Source: Trueperaceae bacterium (lineage in GTDB: Bacteria; Deinococcota; Deinococci; Deinococcales; Trueperaceae). Taken from it: a DNA stretch of 64,000 nucleotides. Under the pieces are notes generated by a model. It made no database searches. It was not told the origin of the DNA and saw nothing but the letters and a program-made list of their open reading frames with translations. The number at the start of each line of letters is the position of its first letter. The stretch's first letter is position 1. The stretch covers positions 1 to 64,000 of the forward strand of contig JAXHLW010000012.1 of NCBI GenBank assembly GCA_034521815.1, read 5' to 3'. The position numbers were made by a program, and so were the translations under genes. Below, one piece after another: positions 1 to 10,536 of this stretch.

Positions 1-143
1 GACAATCGTGCCGCTGTGCACGCTCGATCCCGTCGTTCGAATCGATCGGAAAAATCCGTCTGGCTGTTCGCCGACACGAAGACGCGCGCGAACCAGCTTC
101 GTGGGGCTCTCCGCGGGCGGATCTCCCTATCGAGCTCGAACGC

Positions 144-1691
144 TCAGGTGACTCCGTGGGTTGTGGGACGCGCGTGCCTCGCTGCGTTCTGGTCGCCGGA
201 CCGGCCCGCCGCCACCAGCGCCAAGCCCACCACGACCGGCAGCGCGACCTCGGGCTCGAACAGCGTGAGGTCCCAGGTGTTCAGCAGCACGAGCGCGACG
301 AGGAGAGGCGCGATCCTTCGCCAGCCGCCACGTGCGGCGGCGATCACCAGCGTTCCGCCGATCAGCGTGGCGCCCACCAGCCCGACCAGGCCGTGCACCA
401 GCAACAGGTGCACCAGCAGGTTGTGGGCGTAGCTGACGCCCCGAGGCAGGACCTCGCCGGTGCGTTCCAGCAGGATCGCCTCGGACTGCGGCAAGCCGAC
501 GCCGAACCATGGGTGGTCTCGGGCGGCGTCGAGGCCGGCTCGCCAGATCGCCACGCGGTCCGCTGGGAGGGCCGTGACTCGGCGCAGGTCGAAGCGGCGC
601 ACGATCGATTGCGGCAGCCAGGCGGGACGCCCATCGCGGAAAGGGGTCGCCGACCGTCCGACTTCGTACTGCGCGCCGTACACGAGCACGTCGACGCGTC
701 CACCCGGCTCGGTCGCGCGCAGGTGGAGCTGCGCCTGGAGACGGTCGTCGCCGTAGCCGACCGGCGTGACGCAGCGGCGCCACTCGGGTCCCACCTCGCA
801 CGTCGTGCGCGCCAGGTGCGAGCTGAGCTCGAGCCGTTGCGGGGTGTCAGCGCGCAGGTAGAGCGACGCGACGTACGGCACGTCCAGCTCCGAGCGACCG
901 ACGCTCTGAAACACCAGGTGGCGTCCGTCCTCCCGCGCTCGCGCCACCAGCCTCTGCGCCGTGGTGCCGTCGAACGGTCCCGGACCCGCGCGGTCGACGA
1001 GCTCGACGGACGCCGCGAGGTGGTGGCGCCAGTCGTGGCCGGCCAGGTCGTTCGGCGCGCCGAGCAGGTTGGGGGTCCGCTGCACCACGCCGAGCTGCCA
1101 CGCGACGCCGAGTCCTGCCACGAGCACGGCCGCCACGCCCAGCGTCACGGCCGACCGCCCGCGGCTCGTGGTGGCGGCACGGTGCAGCAGCCACACGGCG
1201 AAGGCGGCGAGCAGCGCTCCGCCCGAGGTGCGAGAGCCGGTGTAGAGAACCGCGAGTCCGAGGGCGGGCCACAGCCACGCCCACCCGAGTCCGCGCTCGG
1301 CCACGACCATCCACGCCGCACCGGCGACGACCAGCGCGGCGCCGAGATCGTTGGGGTTGCCCGTGAACAGGGCCACGCGAGTCGCGTCGTTGCTGCTCGC
1401 CGGTTCGACGCCGGCCACGACGGTCGCCGCGAAGAGCGCGACGGGGTACGCCGCGAGCGCCAGCGCCATCACGCGGCGTCCGGGCCGCCAGCGCGCGACC
1501 GCAAGCACCGCGAGCACGAGGCCCGCCGCGACGGCTGCACGGGCGATGCCGGTGGGATCGCCCGCTAAAAGCGCGCTGGCGCTCAGGAACGCCCAACCGA
1601 GACCCACGGGGATCGTGACGCGCCGCAGCGGCTCGGTCCGGGGCTCGGGAGGCCCAGACGCACGTTCTGTCGCGGGAGGCCGGGTCTTCAT
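144..1691 (-). CDS. O-antigen ligase (WaaL/Wzy_C)-like membrane protein with an inserted beta-sandwich domain
   Basis: Multiple TM segments; motifs GNPNDLG, TGSRT, DRVAIW..G......HPWFGVG and YAHN; start taken at MKTRP (ATG 1691). Confidence 0.75.
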   Translation of the reverse strand: MKTRPPATERASGPPEPRTEPLRRVTIPVGLGWAFLSASALLAGDPTGIARAAVAAGLVLAVLAVARWRPGRRVMALALAAYPVALFAATVVAGVEPASSNDATRVALFTGNPNDLGAALVVAGAAWMVVAERGLGWAWLWPALGLAVLYTGSRTSGGALLAAFAVWLLHRAATTSRGRSAVTLGVAAVLVAGLGVAWQLGVVQRTPNLLGAPNDLAGHDWRHHLAASVELVDRAGPGPFDGTTAQRLVARAREDGRHLVFQSVGRSELDVPYVASLYLRADTPQRLELSSHLARTTCEVGPEWRRCVTPVGYGDDRLQAQLHLRATEPGGRVDVLVYGAQYEVGRSATPFRDGRPAWLPQSIVRRFDLRRVTALPADRVAIWRAGLDAARDHPWFGVGLPQSEAILLERTGEVLPRGVSYAHNLLVHLLLVHGLVGLVGATLIGGTLVIAAARGGWRRIAPLLVALVLLNTWDLTLFEPEVALPVVVGLALVAAGRSGDQNAARHARPTTHGVT

Positions 1692-1817
1692 CGTCGACGA
1701 GCCTACTTCGTCCTGCCGCGTCGCGAGCCGCGCCGGATCGCCGACGGACCGCAGCGCCGACGATCGCCCGGATCGGGTCGCGGCTTCGCGGCCGGCGACC
1801 GCCTGCCCGGCGCGAGG

Positions 1818-1850
1818 CTTTATCGACACGTCACCGAGTCCGGATACGCT
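1818..1850 (+). promoter_or_regulatory. Putative response-regulator box (CTTTATCgacaCGTCACC) plus -10 TACGCT
   Basis: Same motif and spacing recur at 3853 and 10393. Confidence 0.6.
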
Positions 1851-1927
1851 AATGCCGGGCACCGCACGAACGCCCGGACTGGGACGACCTGGGCGACCGG
1901 CCCGGGCGGTACGGAGGGAGCGTGGCC

Positions 1928-2606
1928 GTGAACCAGCGCATTCTCGTGGTCGAGGACGATGCCGACGTCGTGCGCGTGGTCGTCTCGTTCCTCGAGAAGG
2001 AGGGCTACCGGGTCGAGGTGGCGCTGGACGGCGCGTTGGGCCTGGACGCGGCGCTTCGGAATCCGCCGGACTTGGTCATCCTGGACTGGATGCTGCCGGT
2101 CGTGGACGGCCCGACGTTCCTCGACGAGGCTGCGCCGGGAGCAGGACGTTCCGGTCATCATGCTGACCGCCCGCAGCGAGGAGGACGACCGGATCCGCGG
2201 TTTGGAGACGGGCGCGGACGACTACGTCACGAAGCCGTTCAGTCCTCGCGAGCTGGTCGCGCGCGTTCGGGCCGTGCTCCGGCGTCGCGCCGGAGGGGAG
2301 GCCGACCGTCCGGCCACGATCGAGCATCGCGGCCTCCGGATCGATCCGGAGGCCCGCACGGTCCAGCGGCACGGCACGCCGGCGGACGTGACGACCGTGG
2401 AGTTCGATCTTCTCTACGCGCTGGCGTCCGCCCCCGGCCGCGTGTTCCGCAGGTCGGAGCTGCTGGACCGCGTCTGGGGCGACGATTTCGGCGGCGTGGA
2501 CCGCGTGGTGGACGTGCACGTCTCGCACCTCAGGCGCAAGCTGGAGCCGCTCGGCGCGGACGGCATGATCGCCACCGTCCGCTCGGTCGGGTACAAGTTC
2601 GAATGA
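1928..2606 (+). CDS. OmpR-family response regulator (CopR-like), frameshift near 2130
   Basis: RILVVEDD and [10 protein letters not shown] in one frame; [22 protein letters not shown] and w[15 protein letters not shown] in the next. Confidence 0.9.
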
Positions 2607-2625
2607 TGGAGCGGGGGTAGCGTCC

Positions 2626-3810
2626 ATGACGCAGCGATCCGACGGGGACGCGGCCCGCACGCGGCCCAGCCTGTTCTGGCGTTTCGTGCCGTCGTACCTG
2701 CTGGTCGCCGGGGTGGCGACGGTGACGGCGCTGGTGGCGGGGGAGAGCCTCGCGCCGTTCCTGCTGGACCGGCATATGCGCAGCATGACCGGAATGATGG
2801 ACGGCATGCGCGGCGCCGGCATGACGCAGACCATGCTGGCCGATCTCGAGACGGCCTACCGACAAGCGCTGACGTCGTCTCTGCTCTGGGCCAGCGGCGC
2901 CTCGTTGCTGGCGTCGGCCGCCGTAGCGCTGTTCGTGACGCGGCGCATCGTCCGTCCGATGCGGGCGGTGACGCGTGCCAGCTCCCGCATTGCGGGCGGG
3001 AGCTACCGCGAACGACTGGACGCCGAGGCGCCCGGCGAGCTGGGCGAGCTGGCCGAGGCGTTCAACGCCATGGCGGCCACCCTGGAGCGCTCCGAAGCGC
3101 GGCGGGTCCAGCTGCTGGGCGACGTCGCGCACGAGTTCCGCACGCCGCTCTCGAACCTGAAGGGGTACCTGGAGGGCCTGGAGGACGGGGTGTTCGAGCC
3201 GGACGCCGCCACCCTGTCGGCCTGCACGCGGCAGGTGACGCGGCTCGGGAGGCTGGTGGACGATCTGTCGCTCCTGTCACGCGTCGAGACGGGACAGCTG
3301 GACCTGGCGCCGAGCCGCCTCGCGGTGCGCGACGTGCTCGCCGATGCGGCCGAGGCGTTCGGCGGCCGCTTCGAGCAGAAGGGCGTCGTGCTGGAGCTGG
3401 AGCCGCCTTCCGACGACGAGGTGGTCCGGGCCGACCCGCTGCGCACCGCGCAGGTCGTCGCGAACCTGCTGGCCAACGCGCTGCGACACACGCCGGCGGG
3501 AGGCCGCGTCACCCTATCGGCCGAACGCCTAGCCCACGAAGAAGAGGTGCGGTTCGAGGTTCGAGACGAGGGCGAAGGGATCGACCAAGAGCACCTTCCG
3601 CACGTCTTCGACCGGTTCTACCGGGCCGATCGGTCGCGCCGGCATGCGGAGGGGAGCGGAAGCGGGATCGGCCTGACGCTCGTGAAGCAGCTCGTCGAGC
3701 GGCAGGGCGGCCGGGTGGGCGCCCAGAGCGTCGTCGGCCAGGGAGCTAGCTTCTGGTTCACCCTGCCCCGATCTCAGGAGGGGCACGCTACCGATTCTGT
3801 GCGCGGCTAA
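2626..3810 (+). CDS. HAMP sensor histidine kinase with a Met/His-rich extracytoplasmic loop (CopS-like)
   Basis: Two TMs, HAMP, H-box AHEFRTPL, NLLANALRH, DEGEGI, GSGIGL; loop RHMRSMTGMMDGMRGAGMTQTM. Confidence 0.9.
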   Translation: MTQRSDGDAARTRPSLFWRFVPSYLLVAGVATVTALVAGESLAPFLLDRHMRSMTGMMDGMRGAGMTQTMLADLETAYRQALTSSLLWASGASLLASAAVALFVTRRIVRPMRAVTRASSRIAGGSYRERLDAEAPGELGELAEAFNAMAATLERSEARRVQLLGDVAHEFRTPLSNLKGYLEGLEDGVFEPDAATLSACTRQVTRLGRLVDDLSLLSRVETGQLDLAPSRLAVRDVLADAAEAFGGRFEQKGVVLELEPPSDDEVVRADPLRTAQVVANLLANALRHTPAGGRVTLSAERLAHEEEVRFEVRDEGEGIDQEHLPHVFDRFYRADRSRRHAEGSGSGIGLTLVKQLVERQGGRVGAQSVVGQGASFWFTLPRSQEGHATDSVRG

Positions 3811-3852
3811 GCGACCAGTGCCTAGCGGCTAGCCGCTATCGGTGCGCGGCTC

Positions 3853-3885
3853 CTTTATCTACGCTTCACACGGGTGCGTGAGAGT
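3853..3885 (+). promoter_or_regulatory. Putative response-regulator box CTTTATCtacgCTTCACA plus -10-like GAGAGT
   Basis: CTT(T/C)A half-sites 11 bp apart; matches 1818 and 10393. Confidence 0.6.
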
Positions 3886-4029
3886 CACGACACGTCGAGC
3901 CCTCGACGGCTACGGTCGATCGACGGCCATCTGGAAGGGGACCTGGACATCCGCGCCACACGCCGCAGCGCGCGTCATCCGCAGCGCAGCCGCCGCGACC
4001 CGCGTCCGCACGCCGGGAGGCGCGCGGTG

Positions 4030-4334
4030 ATGGGCTACGGACACTACGGCATGGGTGGGTTCGGCGCCGTGGGCACGATCCTTTTCTGGGTCCTCGCCGT
4101 TCTTGCGATCGCCTGGCTGTTGCGCGCTCTGGACCTCGGCCGGAGCCTTCCCGCGGCGGGACGATGAGTCCGCGCCGTGACGAACCACGCCCCGAACGAT
4201 CGCGCCGGACGAGTCTCGGCGGTGGGACGACCGCGCCCTCGCCATCCTCCGCGAACGCTACGCCCGTGGCGAGATCGACGCCGACGAGTTCCAGACGCCG
4301 CAAGCGCGACCTGCTCAGAAAGGACGACGAATGA
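4030..4334 (+). CDS. SHOCT-domain membrane protein, copy 1 (frameshifted)
   Basis: MGYGHYGMGGFG plus a TM, then DDRALAILRERYARGEIDADEF in another frame; paralog of 10537-10830. Confidence 0.75.
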
Positions 4335-4922
4335 CCCGTACAAGCCCGCACCCGCACGCGCCGCACGAGTTCCCGCCGCCGTGGCCTGCTGGCCGCGACG
4401 ATCGCAGGACTTCTCACCCTCCTGATCGCCACCGCCTCCGCTCAGGCGCCGGCACCCACGCCCGAAGCTCTGGGCGGGGTCGACGCGTACGCCGCCGTCG
4501 AGCTGGCGAACGCCTGGAAGGGCAGCGACGTCACCAGCTTCGCGACGTCGCAAGCCGTCCACTTCGCCTTCCCGGACGGCACCGAGGTGACCGTGCCGAT
4601 GCCCGCCGACGAGATGTTCGTGTCGGTCGCGCCGTACCTGAGGCAGACCCACCCGTGCACGACGCACTACATGTCGGGTTGTCAGGGCGAGCTCGCGGAC
4701 GTGGCCATGCAGGTTCGGGCGACCCTGACCGACGGCACGGTGGTGCTGGACGAGACGGTCCAGACGGGCCGGAACGGCTTCCTGGACCTGTGGCTCCCGC
4801 GCGAGGAGGGCATCGTGCTTTCCGTCGCGGTGGACGGCTATGCGGCGGAAGGCTTCCTGACGACGTTCGCGGACAGCGCGACGTGCATCACGACGGTGCA
4901 GCTGGCGGCGTCGGCACGCTGA
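4331..4922 (+). CDS. cueP: CueP-family exported copper-binding protein (5' frameshifts)
   Basis: FVSVAPY..THPCTTHYMSGCQGEL, NGFLDLWLPR and TCITT motifs; signal-peptide-like segment. Confidence 0.8.
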
Positions 4923-4970
4923 TTCGGCACGCTGACGCGGCACGCTGCCCCGGCCGCTGGTGACCGACCG

Positions 4971-5432
4971 TCACTCGCCTTCGAGGTCGGCGATGTAGGC
5001 CTTCATCTCGGCGATCTCCTCGCGTTGCGCTTCGATGATCCGATCAGCCAGGTCGCGCACGCGGGGATCGTCGATCTGGGCGCGTTCGCTGGTGAGGATG
5101 GCGATCGAGTGGTGAGGGATCATGGCCTTCATCCACGACACCTCCCCGACGGTGGATTGGCTGCGCACGAGCCAGAGCGAGCCTGCGAACAGCACGGCGC
5201 TGAGCAGGTAGATGGCGACGTTCGCGCCGCGGCTCTTGTGCATGTGCAGCATGAACGTCAGCATCACGACCGCCATGGCGGCCCCCATCAGCAGGGCCAT
5301 GTACAGACGCGTCTCGCTGAAGAAGACGTGGTCGAGGGCGTAGCTGTTCACGTACGTGAGGCCGAACATCACCGCCGTCGAGGTCGCGATCATCGCTACG
5401 AAGCGCAGGTAGGTCGTGGCTACGTCGTTCAT
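4971..5432 (-). CDS. DUF305 (ferritin-like) membrane protein
   Basis: Three TMs followed by WMKAMIPHHSIAI and IIEAQREEIAEM. Confidence 0.85.
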   Translation of the reverse strand: MNDVATTYLRFVAMIATSTAVMFGLTYVNSYALDHVFFSETRLYMALLMGAAMAVVMLTFMLHMHKSRGANVAIYLLSAVLFAGSLWLVRSQSTVGEVSWMKAMIPHHSIAILTSERAQIDDPRVRDLADRIIEAQREEIAEMKAYIADLEGE

Positions 5433-5574
5433 GGCTGCTCCTTTCGTTCGGGGCTCGCTCGTGGCGAGGCTTGCTACGTCGTGCGACGTGGTGGTTCACG
5501 GTTCCGATCTCATCTTGCGCCAGCGGAACGATTCTGGGTTCACAGGCAGCACGTCCGGCTCGTCGCACGTGACG

Positions 5575-5603
5575 ACCCCACCCCACCGGGGGTGGGGTAC
5601 GAT
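5575..5603 (+). promoter_or_regulatory. CsoR-like operator (ACCCCACCCC-N4-GGGGTGGGGT) abutting -10 TACGAT of copA
   Basis: Perfect 10-bp C-tract/G-tract inverted repeat at 5575-5598. Confidence 0.65.
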
Positions 5604-5656
5604 CGTCGAAAGACCGTCATCTAGCCGCCGGCGGGCGGCGTACCTCGGGAGGAAGC

Positions 5657-8164
5657 ATGAGCACCGTGCAGATCGGAATCGAAGGCATGACCTGCGCCAA
5701 CTGCACGGCGCGGGTCGAGCGCGCGCTGCGCAAGGCGCCGGGCGTCGCAGAGGTGACGGTCAACCTCGCCACGGAGCGGGCGACGATCCACTACGATCCG
5801 ACGCTGACGAGCCCGACCGCGATGGCCGAGCGTATCGACGAGGCCGGCTACCAGCCCATCGTCGACGAGGCGACGCTTTCGATCGGCGGCATGACCTGCG
5901 CCAACTGCAGCGCACGGGTCGAGCGTGCGCTCTCGAAGCGGCCCGGTGTGCTCGAGGCGAACGTGAACCTCGCGACCGAGCGCGCCACCGTGCGCTACCT
6001 CCCGGCGACCGTCTCGACCGGGGACCTGTCGCGCGTCGTGCGGGAGGCCGGCTACGAGGTGCTGGAAGCCGCCGGAGACGGCGAGGCCCAGGACTCCGAG
6101 CGCGCCGCGCGCGAGCGTGCGCTTCGTTCCCTGCGCCGCGACCTGATCGTCGCGGCTTCGTTCGCGACGCCTCTCGTGGTCCTCACGATGCTGCACATGT
6201 TCGTTCCGGCGGCCGATCGCTGGATCATGGCCACGGTCGGCATGCGAGGCTTCGTGCTGCTGTCGTTCGCGCTGGCGACGGTCGTGCAGTTCGGTCCAGG
6301 GCGACGCTTCTACCGGCCCGGCTGGAAGAGCCTGCGCGCCGGCAGCCCGGACATGAACAGCCTGGTGATGATCGGGACGAGCGCGGCGTACGGCTACTCG
6401 CTGGTCGCGACCTTCCTGCCGCGCGTCCTTCCGGCGGGCACGGTGAACGTGTACTACGAGGCGTCGGCCGCGATCATCACCCTGATCCTGCTCGGCAAGG
6501 TCCTCGAGGCCGTCGCGAAGGGCCGGACCAGCGAGGCGATCAGGAAGCTCATGGGCCTGCAAGCCAAGACGGCGCGCGTGGTCCGCGACGGCAACGAGAT
6601 CGAGATTCCCGTCGGCGAGGTACGACCCGGCGACGCGGTTCTGGTTCGCCCTGGCGAGAAGATCCCCGTCGACGGCCGCGTCTTGAGCGGCCAGTCGTTC
6701 GTCGACGAGTCGATGATCACGGGCGAGCCGGTCCCCGTCCGCAAGCGACCGGGGGACGAGGTCGTCGGCGCCACCATGAACACCTCCGGCGCCTTCAGGT
6801 TCGAGGCGACGCGCATCGGCGCCGACACCGTGCTGTCCCAGATCATCCGCATGGTCGAGGAGGCGCAGGGCAGCAAGCCGCGCATCCAGCAGCTCGCCGA
6901 CCGCGTCGTGACGGTGTTCGTGCCGATCGTGATGGCGATCGCCGCGGTCACGTTCGTGACGTGGCTGGCGCTCGGCCCGGAGCCGGCCCTCACCTTCGCG
7001 CTGGTGAACACCGTCGCGGTGCTGATCATCGCGTGCCCGTGCGCGATGGGGCTGGCGACGCCGACCAGCATCATGGTCGGGACCGGCAAGGGCGCCGAGA
7101 TGGGCGTGCTGTTCCGGAAGGGCGACGCGCTCCAGTCCTTGCGCGAGGTGAAGGTGATCGCGTTCGACAAGACCGGCACCCTGACGGAAGGTCGTCCGAC
7201 GCTGACCGATCTGCATCTCGTCGGCCATGGCGACCGCGCGGAGCTGCTCCGCCTGATCGCCTCCGCCGAAGCGCAGAGCGAGCACCCCATCGCCGAAGCG
7301 ATCGTCCGCGCCGCACGGAGCGAGGGGCTCGACCTGGCGGAGCCCCAGCGTTTCGAGGCACGGGCCGGATTCGGTATCGAAGCCACCATCGAGGGACGCC
7401 GCATCCAGGTGGGGGCCGAGCGGTTCATGGTCCAGCTCGGCATCGACGCTTCGTCGACGCGCGACGCCGCGGCGACCCTGGCGGACGCGGGCAAGACGCC
7501 GCTGTACGCCGCCGTCGACGGCGAGCTCGTGGCGCTGGTCGCGGTCGCCGATCCGATCAAGGCGTCGACGCCGGGAGCCGTCCGCGCACTGCACGAGCTC
7601 GGCTTCGACGTGGCCATGATCACCGGAGACGCCCGCCGCACCGCCGACGCCATCGCGCGGCAACTGGGCATCGACCACGTCGAGGCCGAGGTATTGCCGG
7701 ACGGCAAGGTCGACGCCGTCAAGCACCTCCAAGCCGGTGGCGCGAAGGTCGCCTTCGTCGGCGACGGCATCAACGATGCCCCCGCCCTGGCCCAGGCGGA
7801 CGTGGGGCTGGCCATCGGGACCGGCACGGACATCGCCATCGAGGCCGCGGACGTGGTCCTGATGGCAGGCGACCTGCGCGGCGTGCCCAACGCCGTGGCG
7901 CTGTCGAAGGCCACCCTCGCGAACATCCGCCAGAACCTGTTCTGGGCGTTCGTCTACAACGCGGTCCTGATCCCGGTCGCCGCGGGTGCGCTGTATCCCG
8001 CCTTCGGGGTGCTCCTCTCCCCGATCCTCGCTGCCGCCGCCATGGGGCTGTCCAGCATCTTCGTCCTCACGAACGCGCTGCGGCTGCGCCGCTTCACGCC
8101 GCCGATGGACGCGCCGACGATGGCGCAGGTCCCTCGTGCGGACCCCGCCGTTGCCGCGGCCTGA
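5657..8164 (+). CDS. copA: Cu(I)-exporting P1B-1 ATPase
   Basis: Two GMTCANC HMA domains, [25 protein letters not shown] and MxxSS motifs. Confidence 0.95.
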   Translation: MSTVQIGIEGMTCANCTARVERALRKAPGVAEVTVNLATERATIHYDPTLTSPTAMAERIDEAGYQPIVDEATLSIGGMTCANCSARVERALSKRPGVLEANVNLATERATVRYLPATVSTGDLSRVVREAGYEVLEAAGDGEAQDSERAARERALRSLRRDLIVAASFATPLVVLTMLHMFVPAADRWIMATVGMRGFVLLSFALATVVQFGPGRRFYRPGWKSLRAGSPDMNSLVMIGTSAAYGYSLVATFLPRVLPAGTVNVYYEASAAIITLILLGKVLEAVAKGRTSEAIRKLMGLQAKTARVVRDGNEIEIPVGEVRPGDAVLVRPGEKIPVDGRVLSGQSFVDESMITGEPVPVRKRPGDEVVGATMNTSGAFRFEATRIGADTVLSQIIRMVEEAQGSKPRIQQLADRVVTVFVPIVMAIAAVTFVTWLALGPEPALTFALVNTVAVLIIACPCAMGLATPTSIMVGTGKGAEMGVLFRKGDALQSLREVKVIAFDKTGTLTEGRPTLTDLHLVGHGDRAELLRLIASAEAQSEHPIAEAIVRAARSEGLDLAEPQRFEARAGFGIEATIEGRRIQVGAERFMVQLGIDASSTRDAAATLADAGKTPLYAAVDGELVALVAVADPIKASTPGAVRALHELGFDVAMITGDARRTADAIARQLGIDHVEAEVLPDGKVDAVKHLQAGGAKVAFVGDGINDAPALAQADVGLAIGTGTDIAIEAADVVLMAGDLRGVPNAVALSKATLANIRQNLFWAFVYNAVLIPVAAGALYPAFGVLLSPILAAAAMGLSSIFVLTNALRLRRFTPPMDAPTMAQVPRADPAVAAA

Positions 8165-8240
8165 CGCACCCGTTCACGCGCCGCCGGATCCGGCGGTCGC
8201 TCGACGACGCCCGAGCCGCTCGACGCTCGAGGGAGGTTCC

Positions 8241-10301
8241 ATGCGTTCACACGATCAAGATCGACACCGCTCGGCAGCCGACGGCAGCCGTGACGACGAG
8301 CACGCTTCGCACGGTCACCACGACGGTCAGCACGACGGTCACGACAAGCACGCCGGTCACAGCCCGGAGATGTTCCGCGACCGGTTGTGGTTCAGCCTCG
8401 TCCTGACCCTGCCGATCCTCTACTTTTCGGAGAGCTTCCAGTCCTGGTTCGGCTATGCCGCCATCGACGTGCCCGGCGTCGCCTGGATCGTGCCGCTCCT
8501 GGCCACCGCCGTGTTCCTGTACGGCGGCCTGCCGTTCCTGAAGGGCGCCCGGCACGAGCTGGCCGACGGGGCTCCCGCGATGATGACGCTGATCAGCCTG
8601 GCGATCTCCGTCGCGTACGTGTTCTCGATGGCCGTCGTGGTGGGCTTCCCCGGCACGCCGTTCTTCTGGGAGCTGGCCACGCTGATCGACGTGATGCTGC
8701 TGGGGCACTGGATCGAGATGGGCAGCATCCAGAACGCCAGCCGCGCCCTGGACGAGCTCACCAAGCTGATGCCCAGCGTCGCGCACCGGTACCTGGACGA
8801 CGGCTCCACCGAGGACGTTCCCGTCGGCGAGCTGAAGGACGGTGACCGCATCCTGATCCGGCCCGGCGAGCAGATCCCGGCGGACGGGGACGTGGTCGAG
8901 GGGCGCAGCAGCGTGAACGAGGCGTTCCTGACCGGCGAGTCGAGACCCGTCGCGAAGGAGGAGGGCGCCGAGGTGGTGGCGGGCGCCGTGAACGGCGAGG
9001 GCGCTCTCACCGTCGAGATCACGCGCACCGGCGACGACACGACGCTGAGCCAGGTGATGCGGCTCGTCGACGAGGCGCAGAGCAGCCGCAGCCGCTTCCA
9101 GGGCCTCGCGGACCGGGCCGCCGGATGGCTGACGTACGTCGCGGTGGGCGCGGGCCTGATCACGTTCTTCACCTGGCTCGCCATCAGCGGCGACGTGTCG
9201 TTCGCGGTCACGCTCACCGTCACCGTGCTGGTGATCGCCTGCCCGCACGCGCTGGGCCTGGCGATCCCCCTGGTGACCGTCAACGCCACCACCGTCTCCG
9301 CGCGCAACGGCATCCTGGTCCGCAACCGCGAGGCGTTCGAGCGCGCCAGGAACGCGCGCTTCGTGGCGTTCGACAAGACCGGAACGCTGACCGAAGGCGA
9401 GTTCGGCGTCACGAAGGTCACGACCGACGGGCTCGACGAGGACGAGGCGTACCGCCTGGCGCTGGGCCTCGAGAACCGCAGCGAGCACCCCCTCGCGCAA
9501 GCGGTCGTCCGCTCCGGCGAGGGGCGTGCCGCGGCGAGCGTCGACGACTTCACGGTCGTCTCCGGCCAAGGCGTCGAGGCGCTCATCGACGGGACCACCT
9601 ACCGCATGGGCCGGCCCGAGTGGCCCGAAGAGCTGAACCTCGCCTTTCCCGAGCCTTTGCGAGACGCGCTGAAAGAGGGCGAGGGCCGGGGCGAGAGCGT
9701 GATCGTCCTCATGAACGAGGAGAGCGTCGTCGCCACCTTCGCGCTGGCCGACAAGGTCCGCGAGAGCGCCAAGCGCACCGTCGCCCGCCTGAACGAGCTC
9801 GGCATCGAGCCGGTCATGATCACGGGCGACGCCGAGGCGGTCGCTCGCACCGTCGCGGAGGAGCTCGGCATCGAGCGGTTCTACGCCCGCGTCCTGCCCC
9901 AGGACAAGTCGAGCAAGATCAAGGAGCTGAAGCGCCAGGGACCCACCATCTTCGTCGGCGACGGCATCAACGACGCGCCCGCCCTGCTCGAGGCGGATCT
10001 GGGCGTGGCCATCGGCGCCGGAACGAACGTCGCGATCGAGAGCGCCGACCTGGTCCTGGTCGAGGACGACCCCGAGGACGTCCTGCGCGCCCTGGCGCTC
10101 AGCAAGGCGACCTACGCCAAGATGGTGCAGAACCTGATCTGGGCGACCGGCTACAACGTCGTCGCGCTTCCCCTCGCCGGCGGCGTCCTCTACCCCATCG
10201 GGATCACCCTCTCGCCGGCGGTCGGTGCGCTGCTGATGAGCGCCAGCACCGTCATCGTCGCCATCAACGCCATGACGCTGCGTCGCGTGAAGCTGGCCTG
10301 A
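8241..10301 (+). CDS. copB: P1B-3 copper ATPase with His-rich N-terminus
   Basis: His-rich N-terminus (HGHHDGQHDGHDKHAGH), CPH, DKTGT, GYN and MSAST; RBS GGAGG before ATG 8241. Confidence 0.92.
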   Translation: MRSHDQDRHRSAADGSRDDEHASHGHHDGQHDGHDKHAGHSPEMFRDRLWFSLVLTLPILYFSESFQSWFGYAAIDVPGVAWIVPLLATAVFLYGGLPFLKGARHELADGAPAMMTLISLAISVAYVFSMAVVVGFPGTPFFWELATLIDVMLLGHWIEMGSIQNASRALDELTKLMPSVAHRYLDDGSTEDVPVGELKDGDRILIRPGEQIPADGDVVEGRSSVNEAFLTGESRPVAKEEGAEVVAGAVNGEGALTVEITRTGDDTTLSQVMRLVDEAQSSRSRFQGLADRAAGWLTYVAVGAGLITFFTWLAISGDVSFAVTLTVTVLVIACPHALGLAIPLVTVNATTVSARNGILVRNREAFERARNARFVAFDKTGTLTEGEFGVTKVTTDGLDEDEAYRLALGLENRSEHPLAQAVVRSGEGRAAASVDDFTVVSGQGVEALIDGTTYRMGRPEWPEELNLAFPEPLRDALKEGEGRGESVIVLMNEESVVATFALADKVRESAKRTVARLNELGIEPVMITGDAEAVARTVAEELGIERFYARVLPQDKSSKIKELKRQGPTIFVGDGINDAPALLEADLGVAIGAGTNVAIESADLVLVEDDPEDVLRALALSKATYAKMVQNLIWATGYNVVALPLAGGVLYPIGITLSPAVGALLMSASTVIVAINAMTLRRVKLA

Positions 10302-10392
10302 CACGGGCGACCGGCCCGCGAGGCGGTGCCGAGGGAGACAGGTCGAGCCCCCGTAGCCGAACCCAGCCCCCGCAGCCGAATCGGTGCGGGGG

Positions 10393-10425
10393 CTTTATCC
10401 GCGCTTCACACGGACAGGCGAAACT
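10393..10425 (+). promoter_or_regulatory. Putative response-regulator box CTTTATCcgcgCTTCACA plus -10-like GAAACT
   Basis: Third copy of the motif with identical spacing. Confidence 0.6.
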
Positions 10426-10431
10426 CGCGGC

Positions 10432-10450
10432 ATATACCCGCTAGGGGTAT
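10432..10450 (+). promoter_or_regulatory. CsoR-type operator ATATACCCGCTAGGGGTAT
   Basis: ATACCC...GGGTAT inverted repeat of the TACCC-Nn-GGGTA CsoR type. Confidence 0.65.
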
Positions 10451-10536
10451 TCGCATTCGAAAGGAGCGCACATGACGATCATCGGAATCACCGGACGTGC
10501 AACCGCTCTTGCCGCTTCGGCCGGAGGCTCGCCGTG

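Noticed and set aside
3823-8196. 16-bp perfect palindromes at 3823-3838 and 8181-8196 as a repeat family with the 52-bp palindrome
   Set aside because: They share no sequence and each follows a stop codon, so ordinary terminator or mRNA-stabilising hairpins are sufficient
5416-8406. 996-aa and similar long Arg/Gly/Pro-rich ORFs on alternate frames and strands
   Set aside because: Shadow ORFs of GC-rich genes with no recognisable motifs
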